DNA from: an uncultured Patescibacteria group bacterium
GTDB lineage: Bacteria > Patescibacteriota > Microgenomatia > UBA10105 > UBA927
DNA length: 64,000 nt
NCBI GenBank assembly: GCA_937921305.1
Contig: CAKZSU010000002.1
Location: 1,711-65,710, forward strand
Reading direction: 5' to 3'
Under the pieces are notes generated by a model. The model was not told the DNA's origin, made no database searches, and saw nothing but the letters and a program-made list of their open reading frames with translations. The translations under genes and the position numbers were made by a program. Below, piece after piece: positions 49,640-62,968 of the stretch (the first letter of the stretch is position 1; each line of letters starts with the position of its first letter).

Positions 49640-50914
49640 ATGTCAATAGCAATCATCGGCGGAGGAATTACTGGACTAACCACAGCGTATGAACTCACAA
49701 AATATGGAAATGCGGTGACCATCTTTGAAAAAGAAAAAACCGTAGGAGGATTAGCGCGAGGGTACAAAAAACCTTCATGGCAATGGCATCTTGAATATAC
49801 TTATCACCACTTATTCACCAACGACACTGCGATCATCAACCTCGCAAAAGACCTTAAACTGAAAGACGATCTTCTTGTCAAACGACCAATCACCGCAACG
49901 CTCTGGAACAGTACTGTGTATCAACTTGACTCTCTTTCTTCTCTTCTCTCTTTTCCAGGACTCTCTTTTGCAGGAAAACTTCGCACGGGGATATTCCTGG
50001 CAAGTATGAAAGTAAATCCTATTTGGAAACCACTTGAATGGATCACGGCAAAACACATCGCCATCACGCTTGGAGGAAAAGAAGGATGGCAAACAATATG
50101 GGAACCGCTCATGGTAGGAAAATTTGGCGAATACGCAGATCGGATCGCTGCATCGTGGCTGTGGGCAAGAATCGTAAAACGAACACCCAAACTAATCTAT
50201 TTTCGCGGAGGATTTCACACATTCATTACAACGCTTGAAAATGCAATACAAAAGCGCGGCGGAACGATCATCACAAACGCGCGAATAACTTCTATACAAC
50301 GCTTCAACAATGAATTTTCTATCATGTACAATAAAAAACAAGCCCTTTTTGACAAGGTGTTACTCACCATTCCAACACCTCTCGCCCTTTCGCTTACAAA
50401 AGACCTCGACCCGCAAGCATACCGCGATCAATTCCAAATTCCTCACCTGCACGCGCAAGTACTCGTTCTTGAAACAGCAACACCAATCCTTAACGATATC
50501 TATTGGCTAAATATCACCGATCGATCATTTCCATTTCTCGCTGTTGTAGCGCACACAAATTTTATAGATCCATCATATTACGGAGGAAAGCATCTTACCT
50601 ACATCGGCAACTATCTCCCTTCTGACCATTCGTTCCTTTCAATGAACACTCAAAATCTCTTAAAAATCTTTACCCCATATATACAAAAACTCAATCCAAC
50701 ATTTTCTCCACGAAAAGCAAACGCTACGCTGTTCATTGGTCCGTTCGCGCAACCAGTGCATGAACTGCGATATTCGCGCCGAGCACCGACAATTCGCACG
50801 CCAATTCCGAACCTTTACTTTGCAAACATGGATGCAATCTTCCCATGGGATCGAGGAACAAATTACGCGGTGGAACTTGGACAAATCGCTGCGAAAGAAA
50901 TGATGAAGACATAA
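49640..50914 (+). CDS. FAD-dependent oxidoreductase (GR2-type Rossmann; protoporphyrinogen-oxidase/UDP-galactopyranose-mutase-like)
   Basis: IAIIGGGITGLTTAYEL dinucleotide-binding motif and GGLARG. The YHHLFTND segment resembles the Glf HIFHTND motif. Confidence 0.6.
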   Translation: MSIAIIGGGITGLTTAYELTKYGNAVTIFEKEKTVGGLARGYKKPSWQWHLEYTYHHLFTNDTAIINLAKDLKLKDDLLVKRPITATLWNSTVYQLDSLSSLLSFPGLSFAGKLRTGIFLASMKVNPIWKPLEWITAKHIAITLGGKEGWQTIWEPLMVGKFGEYADRIAASWLWARIVKRTPKLIYFRGGFHTFITTLENAIQKRGGTIITNARITSIQRFNNEFSIMYNKKQALFDKVLLTIPTPLALSLTKDLDPQAYRDQFQIPHLHAQVLVLETATPILNDIYWLNITDRSFPFLAVVAHTNFIDPSYYGGKHLTYIGNYLPSDHSFLSMNTQNLLKIFTPYIQKLNPTFSPRKANATLFIGPFAQPVHELRYSRRAPTIRTPIPNLYFANMDAIFPWDRGTNYAVELGQIAAKEMMKT

Positions 50915-52043
50915 AAAAACGCGGGTCATATTCTGTATGGGAGATAGCACGCCTGCCCAACATACTATCCCCCATACAAAGCATGATACCGCGTTTTTTC
51001 AAAATGAATATATATACTATTCAATCAAACAGTCAATGAATAGTCAAGATCCTCAAAATATCAATTTTTTATCAATACAATAGTATTGTATTGCGATAGA
51101 AAGAAAATGTCAAATTAGTATGTGTTGTATAAGGAAAATAGAAACAAAGAATATGCTTCTAAATGGTCTGCGCGATGCTGAAATGAATGCAGTATGAGAA
51201 AAAGAAGATGTATCACAAATTTTTGTCATCCTAAACTCGTTTCAAAATCTAGAAAGAAAGACAATGGAACATGTACTCCGAACCGCTCCAAGACGGTGAA
51301 CCAAGGTGACCATGAAAAATGAAGAAAGAACAAAAATTGAAAATTAGAATTATCTTGTTTTAATAAGATAATTTTGCTTTTTTGAGCTTAGAAAACAATT
51401 TGACAAAAAATTTGTCTCTTGCTACTGTTTATAGCACAAGTACTGATTCACTGTCCCAAAGTATCGGTACGGTCAAAAGGCATTACTACTCGTAGAATAG
51501 TTCTCTCATGGTTCTAGCGGTAGTGATGCTTTTTTGTTATTTTCTTCTCTCTTAATTCCTTATCGTTTGTTTAATTTATTTTTTTCTTTCTTTCTTCCTT
51601 TTTGATCTACAACGCTCTACAATGTCTGTTAAAGCATTGTAATAGGCAAGGATAACCCTTTGCTCTTCAACGACTCCAACTGCCTTCTCATATTCTCTCG
51701 CAACGCTTCATTTTCTTGTTCTTCCGGCGTTTGCCGTTTTAGATCACGATCTTTCTTTCTAGACAAAAGATATCGAATAAACGATAACAGTTTATTCATA
51801 ATAACTTTCGCTTATTGAATCACGATGTGTACAATTCGTCAAGACCTATAATTTATTTACTTCGTTATTTTTATAAAACCTATAATTTTTTAATGCTTAT
51901 TTAGATTGATTTGGCAATATAAAAATATTTTAACATTTTTTGTGGATAACTTTTGGAAAACTGTTTGATATATGAATACCCAGCGAAAGTAAACGATGAT
52001 CAAATAAAAACAACAAACGGAGTAAAAAAGAAGAATAATCGTA

Positions 52044-52898
52044 TTATTGCTTTAATCGCGCGAAAAACAACTGTCCCGCAGGGGTTTGATGAACTTTTGA
52101 CAATACGGTAACCACATCAATGCCTACTTTATCTTGCGCGTCTTCCACCACAACCATCGTTCCATCTGATAAATACCCTACTCCTTGTTTGCGCTCTTTA
52201 CCTGCGTGCGTTATTTTCACCGTTATTTCCTCGCCCGGAATAAGAGACAATTTTAAAGCGTTTGCTAAATCGTGAATGTTCAACACTTTAACGCCATGGA
52301 CCCTTGCGAGCTGGGCAAGGTTAAAATCAATGGTCAACAACTTGGTGTTCCAATACTTCGCAAGCGACACAAGTTTTTGATCTACTTCTTGAATCTCGGG
52401 AACAGCGTCAGTAACAATGATGACTTTGACCAATTCGTTGGCTTTCTGCGATGAAAGTTTGTTGACAACCTCAAGACCTCGTCTTCCCTTTGCGCGTCGA
52501 AGCGCGTCGCTGGAATCTGCGATGTGTTGAATTTCTCCCAAAATAAACTCGGGAACAAGAAGCGTTCCCGTCATAAATCCGCTATTCACTACAGGAAGAA
52601 TCCGACCGTCAATCAGCGCGCTTGTGTCAACAAGAATTAAATGTTCTCCCTCTGGAGCGGGAACATCTTTTAATTCAATCATTGATATGTCTGTAGATCG
52701 AGATTTTATGCGGAGATTTGAGAAACTTAAGGTTTTCACAATTTCTCGGGCAACCATGGCTGCAAATTCTGCAGCCGCCACAGGAGGACGAAGAACAATA
52801 TCGCTTACCGATGATCGTTTTTCTGACGGAATAATTAATGACTGCTCTGCTTCCTGTTTTTCATTGTGTTTTTCTTGTTTTTTCTTTTCTAATTTCAT
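52044..52898 (-). CDS. PIN/TRAM-domain protein (YacL-like)
   Basis: Central PIN-like segment LILVDTSALIDGRI. C-terminal TRAM-like beta-barrel segment (GEEITVKITHAGKERKQGVGYLSDGTMVVVE). Downstream of radA, as in Firmicutes. Confidence 0.65.
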   Translation of the reverse strand: MKLEKKKQEKHNEKQEAEQSLIIPSEKRSSVSDIVLRPPVAAAEFAAMVAREIVKTLSFSNLRIKSRSTDISMIELKDVPAPEGEHLILVDTSALIDGRILPVVNSGFMTGTLLVPEFILGEIQHIADSSDALRRAKGRRGLEVVNKLSSQKANELVKVIIVTDAVPEIQEVDQKLVSLAKYWNTKLLTIDFNLAQLARVHGVKVLNIHDLANALKLSLIPGEEITVKITHAGKERKQGVGYLSDGTMVVVEDAQDKVGIDVVTVLSKVHQTPAGQLFFARLKQ

Positions 52899-52945
52899 GC
52901 CTTCATTGTATCACAGACTGTTCTATCAATCTCTTGTCATATTTA

Positions 52946-54244
52946 TCAATGAAGCAATTGTTTCAAATCGGTGATTGCTCGGAAAGATGAAGGAGAAACA
53001 ATGGTATCATACCCTACTCGTTTTGCCTCTTTTGCTCGACGCGCTTCTTGGGAAACTCGCCGAATCTCTCCCAATAATCCAACTTCGCCAAACACAACCG
53101 CCGACGCGTTCAATGGCTTGTTGAGAAACGACGACACAATCGCCGCGCACACCGCAAGATCCGCCGCTGGCTCGGACACGCGAATCCCGCCAGATACATT
53201 AATGAATATGTCATTTCCTCCCAGCGGAAGATGTAGTCGCTTCTGAAGAATAGCAACAAGAATCTGCAATCGATTCTGATCAAATCCGTTTGCGACACGA
53301 CGCGGTATGGCAAGTTGCGTCGAAACGGTTAACGCTTGAATCTCTACAAGAATCGGTCTGGTACCCTCGAGAATCACCGTCACCACAGATCCGGGCACGC
53401 CAACGACTCGATCGGCAAGAAACACCTCCGACGGATTTGTAACTTCAACAAGCCCTGCTTCTCGCATCTCAAAAATGCCTGCTTCCTCAACCGCTCCAAA
53501 CCGATGCTTTAAGGCGCGAAGAATTCGAGCGGTTGCGAACCGTTCTCCCTCAAAAAAAAGCACCGTATCCACCATATGCTCTACGATTTTTGGACCAGCA
53601 ATAACTCCTTCTTTTGTGATATGACCAATGAGAATTATTGGAATAGCAGAGGATTTTGCAATAGCAACAAGACGCTCCGCACAATATCGCAGCTGCGTCA
53701 CAGAACCAGACAATCCTTCCACACGATCTGACACAAGTGTTTGAATTGAATCAATAATAACAAGCTTTGGAGATTCGTGAACTATCGTTGCTTCAATTTT
53801 ATCGATATCTGTTTCAGAATAGATGGTAACCGCATCACCAGGAATGCCAATTCTAGATGCGCGAAGCTTCACTTGCTCTGCAGACTCTTCTCCGGCAATA
53901 TACAATCCTCCAATCATTGAAAGAACTAAAAGCAACAATGTTGACTTCCCAATACCAGGTTCTCCAGAAAGAAATGTTACACTTCCCGGCACAATGCCTC
54001 CACCCATAACTCGATCGAATTCTTCAATATTTGTTTTTAGTCTTTTTGCTTCTATACAAGGAATATTAGAAAGCTTTTGTGGTTTTGCTTGTTCTTTCCC
54101 TATTTTTCGGCCATTGTTCTTTAACAACTCTTTATACGCATACTCAACCAACGCTCCCCACTCGCCGCAGGACGGACACTTGCCGTACCACTCGGGAGCT
54201 TCGTAGCCACATTGCTGACACAAAAATACTGATCGAGATTTCAT
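52946..54244 (-). CDS. radA: DNA repair protein RadA/Sms
   Basis: N-terminal C4 zinc finger (CQQCGYEAPEWYGKCPSCGEW). Walker A GEPGIGKSTLLL. KNRFG motif. Lon-protease-like C-terminal domain. Confidence 0.9.
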   Translation of the reverse strand: MKSRSVFLCQQCGYEAPEWYGKCPSCGEWGALVEYAYKELLKNNGRKIGKEQAKPQKLSNIPCIEAKRLKTNIEEFDRVMGGGIVPGSVTFLSGEPGIGKSTLLLLVLSMIGGLYIAGEESAEQVKLRASRIGIPGDAVTIYSETDIDKIEATIVHESPKLVIIDSIQTLVSDRVEGLSGSVTQLRYCAERLVAIAKSSAIPIILIGHITKEGVIAGPKIVEHMVDTVLFFEGERFATARILRALKHRFGAVEEAGIFEMREAGLVEVTNPSEVFLADRVVGVPGSVVTVILEGTRPILVEIQALTVSTQLAIPRRVANGFDQNRLQILVAILQKRLHLPLGGNDIFINVSGGIRVSEPAADLAVCAAIVSSFLNKPLNASAVVFGEVGLLGEIRRVSQEARRAKEAKRVGYDTIVSPSSFRAITDLKQLLH

Positions 54245-54275
54245 TGGATATCACGATTATACTGAAAGAGGCATA

Positions 54276-55415
54276 TTATCGATACCCAATCGGTTTTTCG
54301 GTAAGCGCCATGGAGAGGGAAATTTTTCGCTTTTCCGGCTGAACGTCTTCGACAATGCACGCAATTTCATCGCCTTCTTTTGGTTCTTCTCCGGGAGCGA
54401 TTTTGCTAATATGAATTAATCCTTCAACACCAGGGAGAAGGGTAACAAAAATACCAATCTGCGTAACTTTTGATACCGTTCCTTTGACTTGCGAGTCTTT
54501 TTGAAAAATATCCAACACGTCTTCCCATGGATCTGGCAACAGTTGTTTGATCGAAAGCGTTACTTTTCCACTTTCTTTATCGACACCAATAACTTTTACT
54601 TTTACCGTATCCCCTTCTTTTACATAAAGATGCAGATCCTCGACTTTTTCCCACGCAATTTCGGAAACATGAATAAGCCCTTCTATTTCATGCTCTTGGT
54701 CATCTTTGCAAACAACAAATTTCGCAAATGCGCCGAATGGCACCACAGAAATAATCGTGGCTTCTACTGTTGTGCCTTGTTCAAGATCTTGAATGTATGG
54801 CTTTTGTTTCGCGAATGCCTCTGCTTCAGCAACAGCGCGCTGAGAGAATATCAGTCTATTCGTATCTTTATCTACCTCAACAACCTTCACAGAGATTATT
54901 CGTCCGGAAAGTTTGTCTAATTGTTTCTCGATTTGAGGGTCTAACTGAGACTGCGGAATGTACCCGCGAATGCCATTATATTCTACAAGAACGCCGCCGC
55001 GAACCGTTTCTCGGACAATGACATCAACAAATGTTCCCGCTTCTTTCGCGTTTTTCAGAATATCCCACCGTCGCTCTGTAATAAATTTACGAAGAGATAA
55101 CACCGACTGTCCTCGATCGTTCTCTGGCACAATGACCTGCGCAACAACGGTATCTCCCACCTTTAATCCTAACAGCATCTCTTTATATACTTCCAATTCT
55201 TTATCAATAACAACGCCTTCTGACTTGCCTTTGATATCAATCAATACTTCTCGAGGAGACACTTTCGTCACTATGCCTTCAACCGTATCTCCTTTTTTTA
55301 ATCCTTTAATGACATACCCTGTCTTCGCCAGAAGTTCTTCCATGGAAGACACGGGAGAAGCAGTGTTAGATAGTGAAGATGTTGTGTTACTAGAATGTTT
55401 TGTTTTTTTTGCCAT
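54276..55415 (-). CDS. rpsA: 30S ribosomal protein S1 (short, four S1 domains)
   Basis: Repeated S1 OB-fold motifs (GDTVEGIV..., GTFVDVIVRE..., GTTVEATI..., DSQVKGTVSKVTQIGIFV). Confidence 0.8.
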   Translation of the reverse strand: MAKKTKHSSNTTSSLSNTASPVSSMEELLAKTGYVIKGLKKGDTVEGIVTKVSPREVLIDIKGKSEGVVIDKELEVYKEMLLGLKVGDTVVAQVIVPENDRGQSVLSLRKFITERRWDILKNAKEAGTFVDVIVRETVRGGVLVEYNGIRGYIPQSQLDPQIEKQLDKLSGRIISVKVVEVDKDTNRLIFSQRAVAEAEAFAKQKPYIQDLEQGTTVEATIISVVPFGAFAKFVVCKDDQEHEIEGLIHVSEIAWEKVEDLHLYVKEGDTVKVKVIGVDKESGKVTLSIKQLLPDPWEDVLDIFQKDSQVKGTVSKVTQIGIFVTLLPGVEGLIHISKIAPGEEPKEGDEIACIVEDVQPEKRKISLSMALTEKPIGYR

Positions 55416-55540
55416 TCTTTTGTTGTACCGCCTTTCAATAAAGTATTTCTTTCATTATAACGAAATGATGAAAAAACGCGAGAAGGACGAAGATTCTTGC
55501 ATCTTCTTTTCACGTTTTCCAGAATAAAAAAACACAATTG

Positions 55541-55659
55541 CCTCGGCGATGACCTATCTTCCAATAGCTCGCGAGAGCTACGTATTGTTGGCGCTGAACC
55601 GTTTTACTTCTGAGTTCGGAATGGGATCAGGTAGTTCCAGTTCGCTCAAATCACCGAGA
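55541..55659 (-). rRNA. rrf: 5S ribosomal RNA
   Basis: Reverse complement contains the conserved GATCCCATTCCGAACTCAGAAG loop C/helix III region. Ends pair (TCTCGGTG.../...CGCCGAGG). A hairpin plus T-tract follows on the minus strand. Confidence 0.75.
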
Positions 55660-55771
55660 CAATTCTGTTTTTTTGAACCGCATTGAATATGAGTCAATTG
55701 CCTAAAAAGGGGCAATGTGCATCCGCATTTTTCTGCATACGGTAATCGCCGTCACGGAAAAGGACCCTTTA

Positions 55772-58980
<3,209 letters not shown>

Positions 58981-59171
58981 AGAACAAAAGGCTTTTGTTC
59001 CGGCGACTCTTTTTTATGGCATAAAAAAAGAGGTGAATGTCATTACCCCTTTTCATGCAACTACTCATTCAATGTTTCAATGTTTTTCCCTATTCACTTG
59101 TTAAAGTGCAACACTGTACTCACGAAGCAATACCTACGATGACATTGCTTCATCATCGTCTGTATCGCATC

Positions 59172-59244
59172 GTAATGGAGTGGACCTGGGCGGAGTCGAA
59201 CCGCCTACCTCTTCATTGCAAATGAAGCGTTCAACCAGGTAAAC
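59172..59244 (-). tRNA. tRNA-Ala (anticodon UGC), upstream of 23S
   Basis: Acceptor stem GGGCCTG/CAGGTCC with G3:U70. Anticodon stem CTTCA/TGAAG with loop TTTGCAA. T-arm GGCGG-TTCGACT-CCGCC. No encoded CCA. Confidence 0.75.
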
Positions 59245-59284
59245 TTCAGGCCCTTCGACTTCGCTCAGGATACTGTCCCAACAC

Positions 59285-59314
59285 TTGAAATATAAAAAAT
59301 CCCGCTTCCGCGGG
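59285..59314 (-). terminator. rho-independent terminator-like hairpin downstream of aminotransferase gene
   Basis: GC stem CCCGC-TTCC-GCGGG followed on the minus strand by TTTTTTATATTT. T-rich on the plus strand as well. Confidence 0.45.
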
Positions 59315-59446
59315 GCTTCTTTGTTTATTTTTATGGAGAAGCGTTACCAGCGATACATGGAAAAAATACGGTATATATCGTTTATGTTGGATAGGTAGCT
59401 TCTCATGAAAAATAAACAGTTCCTTCCGCAGAAGGTAGAAATTATT

Positions 59447-60661
59447 TTACCAAGCGTCCAACGCTTTTGCAAGTATCTGAATAGCGCGTTTTAGTTTGGG
59501 AATTTCTAACACATAGGCAAGACGAACTTCATTCTTTCCCTTCCCTTCAGAAAGATAAAACCCATTTGCCGGCGCAAGCATAACGGTTTCTTGTTCCAAT
59601 CGAAAATCTGTCAACAACCACTGGCAAAACATTTCAGCGTTTTCCACAGGAAGAGACACAACCGTATAGAACGCCCCTTCTGGTTTATGAATCCCAACGC
59701 CGTTTATCGATCTTAATCCTTCATACACAACATTTCTCCTCTGTTCATACTCTTCTCGAACGCGTTGCATATATGAATCGGGAACATTCACAAGTTTCGC
59801 CGCCATCTTTTGATCCACAAATCCAGACGATAATCGTCCTTGAGCAATGCGCAGCACACCATCAAGCAATTCTTTATTAATAGAAATAAGCGCACCAAGC
59901 CTTGCACCACATAAGCTATACCGCTTCGACACGCTATCAAGAACAATAATCTGCTCGGGAAGTTCGTTCGCGTAGGACAAAAGTGAGACATGCGTTCTAC
60001 CATCATATACAAACTCCCGATACACCTCGTCAGAAAGCAAAAAGAGATCTCGGTCTTTCGCCAAAGAAACCAGCATCGTAAGTTCGTCTTTTCGATATAC
60101 TGTGCCTGTCGGATTATTTGGATTGCACAGAAGAATACCTTTCGTTGTTTCATCGATATATCGTTCAATCGTTGAGCGATCCGGCAAATGAAATCCATTT
60201 TTTAACGATGTTTGGATTGGGACAAGACGAACATCATACAAAAGCGCGATTGACTGATAATTCGCGTAAAATGGTTCAAACACAAGCAATGAATCGCCTG
60301 GATTACACACGGCAACCATAGCCATGCCGATTGCTTCAGACCCTCCCGATGTGACTTGAATATGGTGTTCTGTAATAAACGGATATCCGCACCGCTGATA
60401 GTACCACGCAAGCGCAGAGAGAAATTCAGGATCTCCTTTAGATTGGGCGTAGGAAATCGTTGAAATATCCCACTGTCGCAAAACAGTAAGCATCACTTCG
60501 GGTGTTTTGATGTCAGGATCGCCGATATTCAAGCGATACACGGTAACTCCTTGTTTCTTCGCTTGTTCCGCAAACGGAATTAACTTCCGTATCGGAGACG
60601 CTGGAATGGTTGATAATCGATGAGAAAGATTCATATGACGATATAGTCGTGCTAGAATCAA
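59447..60661 (-). CDS. class I/II PLP-dependent aminotransferase (aspartate aminotransferase family)
   Basis: Motifs NPNNPTG, SDEVY and SVSKRYSLCGARLG (PLP lysine). 404 aa. The true start is probably the internal ATG (MNLSHRL). Confidence 0.8.
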   Translation of the reverse strand: MILARLYRHMNLSHRLSTIPASPIRKLIPFAEQAKKQGVTVYRLNIGDPDIKTPEVMLTVLRQWDISTISYAQSKGDPEFLSALAWYYQRCGYPFITEHHIQVTSGGSEAIGMAMVAVCNPGDSLLVFEPFYANYQSIALLYDVRLVPIQTSLKNGFHLPDRSTIERYIDETTKGILLCNPNNPTGTVYRKDELTMLVSLAKDRDLFLLSDEVYREFVYDGRTHVSLLSYANELPEQIIVLDSVSKRYSLCGARLGALISINKELLDGVLRIAQGRLSSGFVDQKMAAKLVNVPDSYMQRVREEYEQRRNVVYEGLRSINGVGIHKPEGAFYTVVSLPVENAEMFCQWLLTDFRLEQETVMLAPANGFYLSEGKGKNEVRLAYVLEIPKLKRAIQILAKALDAW

Positions 60662-60666
60662 TAGTC

Positions 60667-61434
60667 ATGCGGAATAACGAGCCTATTGGATTCATAGATT
60701 CAGGAATCGGTGGTATTACCATGCTCAATGAATCGCTTCACATCCTTCCTCATGAACGCTATATTTATATCGGAGACACAGCAAATGTTCCGTACGGAGA
60801 TAAATCGCCGAAAGAAATAAAAACGCTTGCAATATCTCTTGCGCGGCGTCTTCTTATAAGAAATATTAAAGCCCTTGTTCTTGCATGTAATACGATCTCT
60901 GCCATTGCATATTCAGATATTCAAACAATCGCTTATCCAATTCCCGTGATTGACGTTATTAGACCAACAGTTGAATCTATTCCAAAAACAACTGGAACAA
61001 TTGCAGTTATTGGAACACAGGCGACAATCGATACACACATATATAAAACAATGATTCGCCAACAAACCAATCGACGTGTTATCGAGCAAGCAACACCAAC
61101 ACTTGTTCCTCTTATCGAACAATCGCTACATGATATAGGTCGAATTCAACAAGCAATAAGAGAAAATCTTGAGTTTCTTCGATCGGAATCAACGATTGAC
61201 ACGCTTATTCTTGGTTGCACTCATTATCCATTGATTAAACATCACATACAAAACTATGCAGGAGACGCGATAACAATCATAGATTCATCAAGACCAACAG
61301 CGCTAACACTCAAACACGTGCTTGAAGAAAAACAGCTTCTTGGAAACCTAAAGCAGTCTATTGAAATAACATTTACCAAACAGCTTTCTTCTAAAACAAA
61401 AACATTTATCAATGCGTATCTTACGCTGACGTAA
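60667..61434 (+). CDS. murI: glutamate racemase
   Basis: IGFIDSGIGG, YIGDTANVPYG, LVLACNTIS (catalytic Cys) and LILGCTHYP (second catalytic Cys). Confidence 0.85.
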   Translation: MRNNEPIGFIDSGIGGITMLNESLHILPHERYIYIGDTANVPYGDKSPKEIKTLAISLARRLLIRNIKALVLACNTISAIAYSDIQTIAYPIPVIDVIRPTVESIPKTTGTIAVIGTQATIDTHIYKTMIRQQTNRRVIEQATPTLVPLIEQSLHDIGRIQQAIRENLEFLRSESTIDTLILGCTHYPLIKHHIQNYAGDAITIIDSSRPTALTLKHVLEEKQLLGNLKQSIEITFTKQLSSKTKTFINAYLTLT

Positions 61435-61600
61435 AAAAGAATTATCAAAGCAATCGTTCATCTTCTATCCTTATAGCAAGGGTACATCACAACTCCATCA
61501 CGCTGTACGATATCAACAAGACTCTTAGAATGTTCAGCTCTAACTGACCAAGATATTATTCCAAGTTATCTTCTCAAGCGATTTGAATAAATTAAAGAAA

Positions 61601-62968
61601 CTATATGATTTTTTCCATCATCTGCTTCAATGCAAGCATAAATGCGCCAAGACGAAGTGAAACATTCTGTGTCTTCGCTATATCCCATACTGCATCTGTT
61701 GCCTTAATCATTGCATCTTGCAATTTTTTCTGCACATCTTCTTTTGTCCAATGCTCTCCTCGCCTATTCTGTTCCCATTCAAAATATGAAACCGTAACCC
61801 CACCCGCGTTCGCAAGTATGTCAGGAATAATAATAACACCTTTTTGATGAAGAATATCATCCGCGTCTTCTGTCGTTGGTCCATTGGCCATTTCTAGAAT
61901 CACCTTGGCGCGAATATCTGGCGCATTTTCTTTTGTGATTACTTGTTCAAGCGCCGAAGGAACAAGAATATCCACATCAAGCGTCAACAACTCATCATTT
62001 GATATATATCTCCCCTTTGCATCGTCACAGACAGATCCAACACAATAACATCCCGCCAATGATCCGCGTTCTTTCTTACACGCAAGCGTCAATGATGGAT
62101 TAATTCCCTCAGGAACAACAATGCCTCCTTTGCTATCTGACACAGCGATTACCCGTATCCCCCGCTCCGCAAGAAACAACGCCGCGTGATAGCCAACATT
62201 ACCAAACCCCTGCACCGCGGCGGTCAATGGCCGATCATGTGGCAATGACCCTGCCGCTCTCATGTGATCCAGCACGCGATCAAGGATATGCGCGCCGCCC
62301 AATCCTGTTGCTTCTTCTCTCCCTTCACTTCCTCCATCAGCAATCGCCTTTCCGGTAAATGTAGCTTTTAGATAGTGTTTATCAGTATTTTGCAATTGAT
62401 TGCTTACAACAATATATTCATCCACCATCCATCCCATAATTTTCGCGTTTGTGTTTACATCGGGCGCGGGCACATCTTTCTCCGGTCCAATGCAATCGGC
62501 AATCGCACGCGCATACCCGCGAGACAACGCCTCTAATTCTCTTTCAGAAAGTTTCTTCGGATCGACAACAATACCTCCTTTCCCGCCTCCTAGTGGAAGC
62601 CCGACAACTGCGCATTTTATCGCCATCCAACACGATAACGCTTTCACTTCATCAAGATCGACCAGTGGATGAAATCGAATACCACCTTTGTATGGACCTA
62701 ATAAATTATTATATTGGACGCGATACCCGCGAAACACTTCGTAGGATCCAGCGTCACGCTTTAGAGGGATCGACACCTCGAGAATTCGTTGCGGAGCAGA
62801 AAGAATACTCCGAAGATAATTGAAATATTGCTGCTCTTCTTTTGTTGACACACGAGACAATACGGTAAACGCTTTATCTAGTTGTTGAAGCGCGGTTTCA
62901 AATGGACTCATAGCGCCCTCCTTACTTGAAAAATAATTCTTTTTTAATCTGCTGTTCAGGAACACCAT
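61601..62968 (-). CDS. gdhA: NAD(P)-specific glutamate dehydrogenase
   Basis: GPYKGGIRFHP, LPLGGGKGGI, the Rossmann segment GFGNVG, and PDILANAGGVTVSYFEW. The true start is possibly the internal ATG at ~62911. Confidence 0.9.
   Translation of the reverse strand: MVFLNSRLKKNYFSSKEGAMSPFETALQQLDKAFTVLSRVSTKEEQQYFNYLRSILSAPQRILEVSIPLKRDAGSYEVFRGYRVQYNNLLGPYKGGIRFHPLVDLDEVKALSCWMAIKCAVVGLPLGGGKGGIVVDPKKLSERELEALSRGYARAIADCIGPEKDVPAPDVNTNAKIMGWMVDEYIVVSNQLQNTDKHYLKATFTGKAIADGGSEGREEATGLGGAHILDRVLDHMRAAGSLPHDRPLTAAVQGFGNVGYHAALFLAERGIRVIAVSDSKGGIVVPEGINPSLTLACKKERGSLAGCYCVGSVCDDAKGRYISNDELLTLDVDILVPSALEQVITKENAPDIRAKVILEMANGPTTEDADDILHQKGVIIIPDILANAGGVTVSYFEWEQNRRGEHWTKEDVQKKLQDAMIKATDAVWDIAKTQNVSLRLGAFMLALKQMMEKII

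Noticed and set aside
59245-59450. Expected position of a 16S rRNA gene upstream of tRNA-Ala/23S
   Set aside because: Only ~200 nt of AT-rich spacer with a terminator-like hairpin separates the tRNA from a protein-coding gene. No 16S-like sequence is present in the window.
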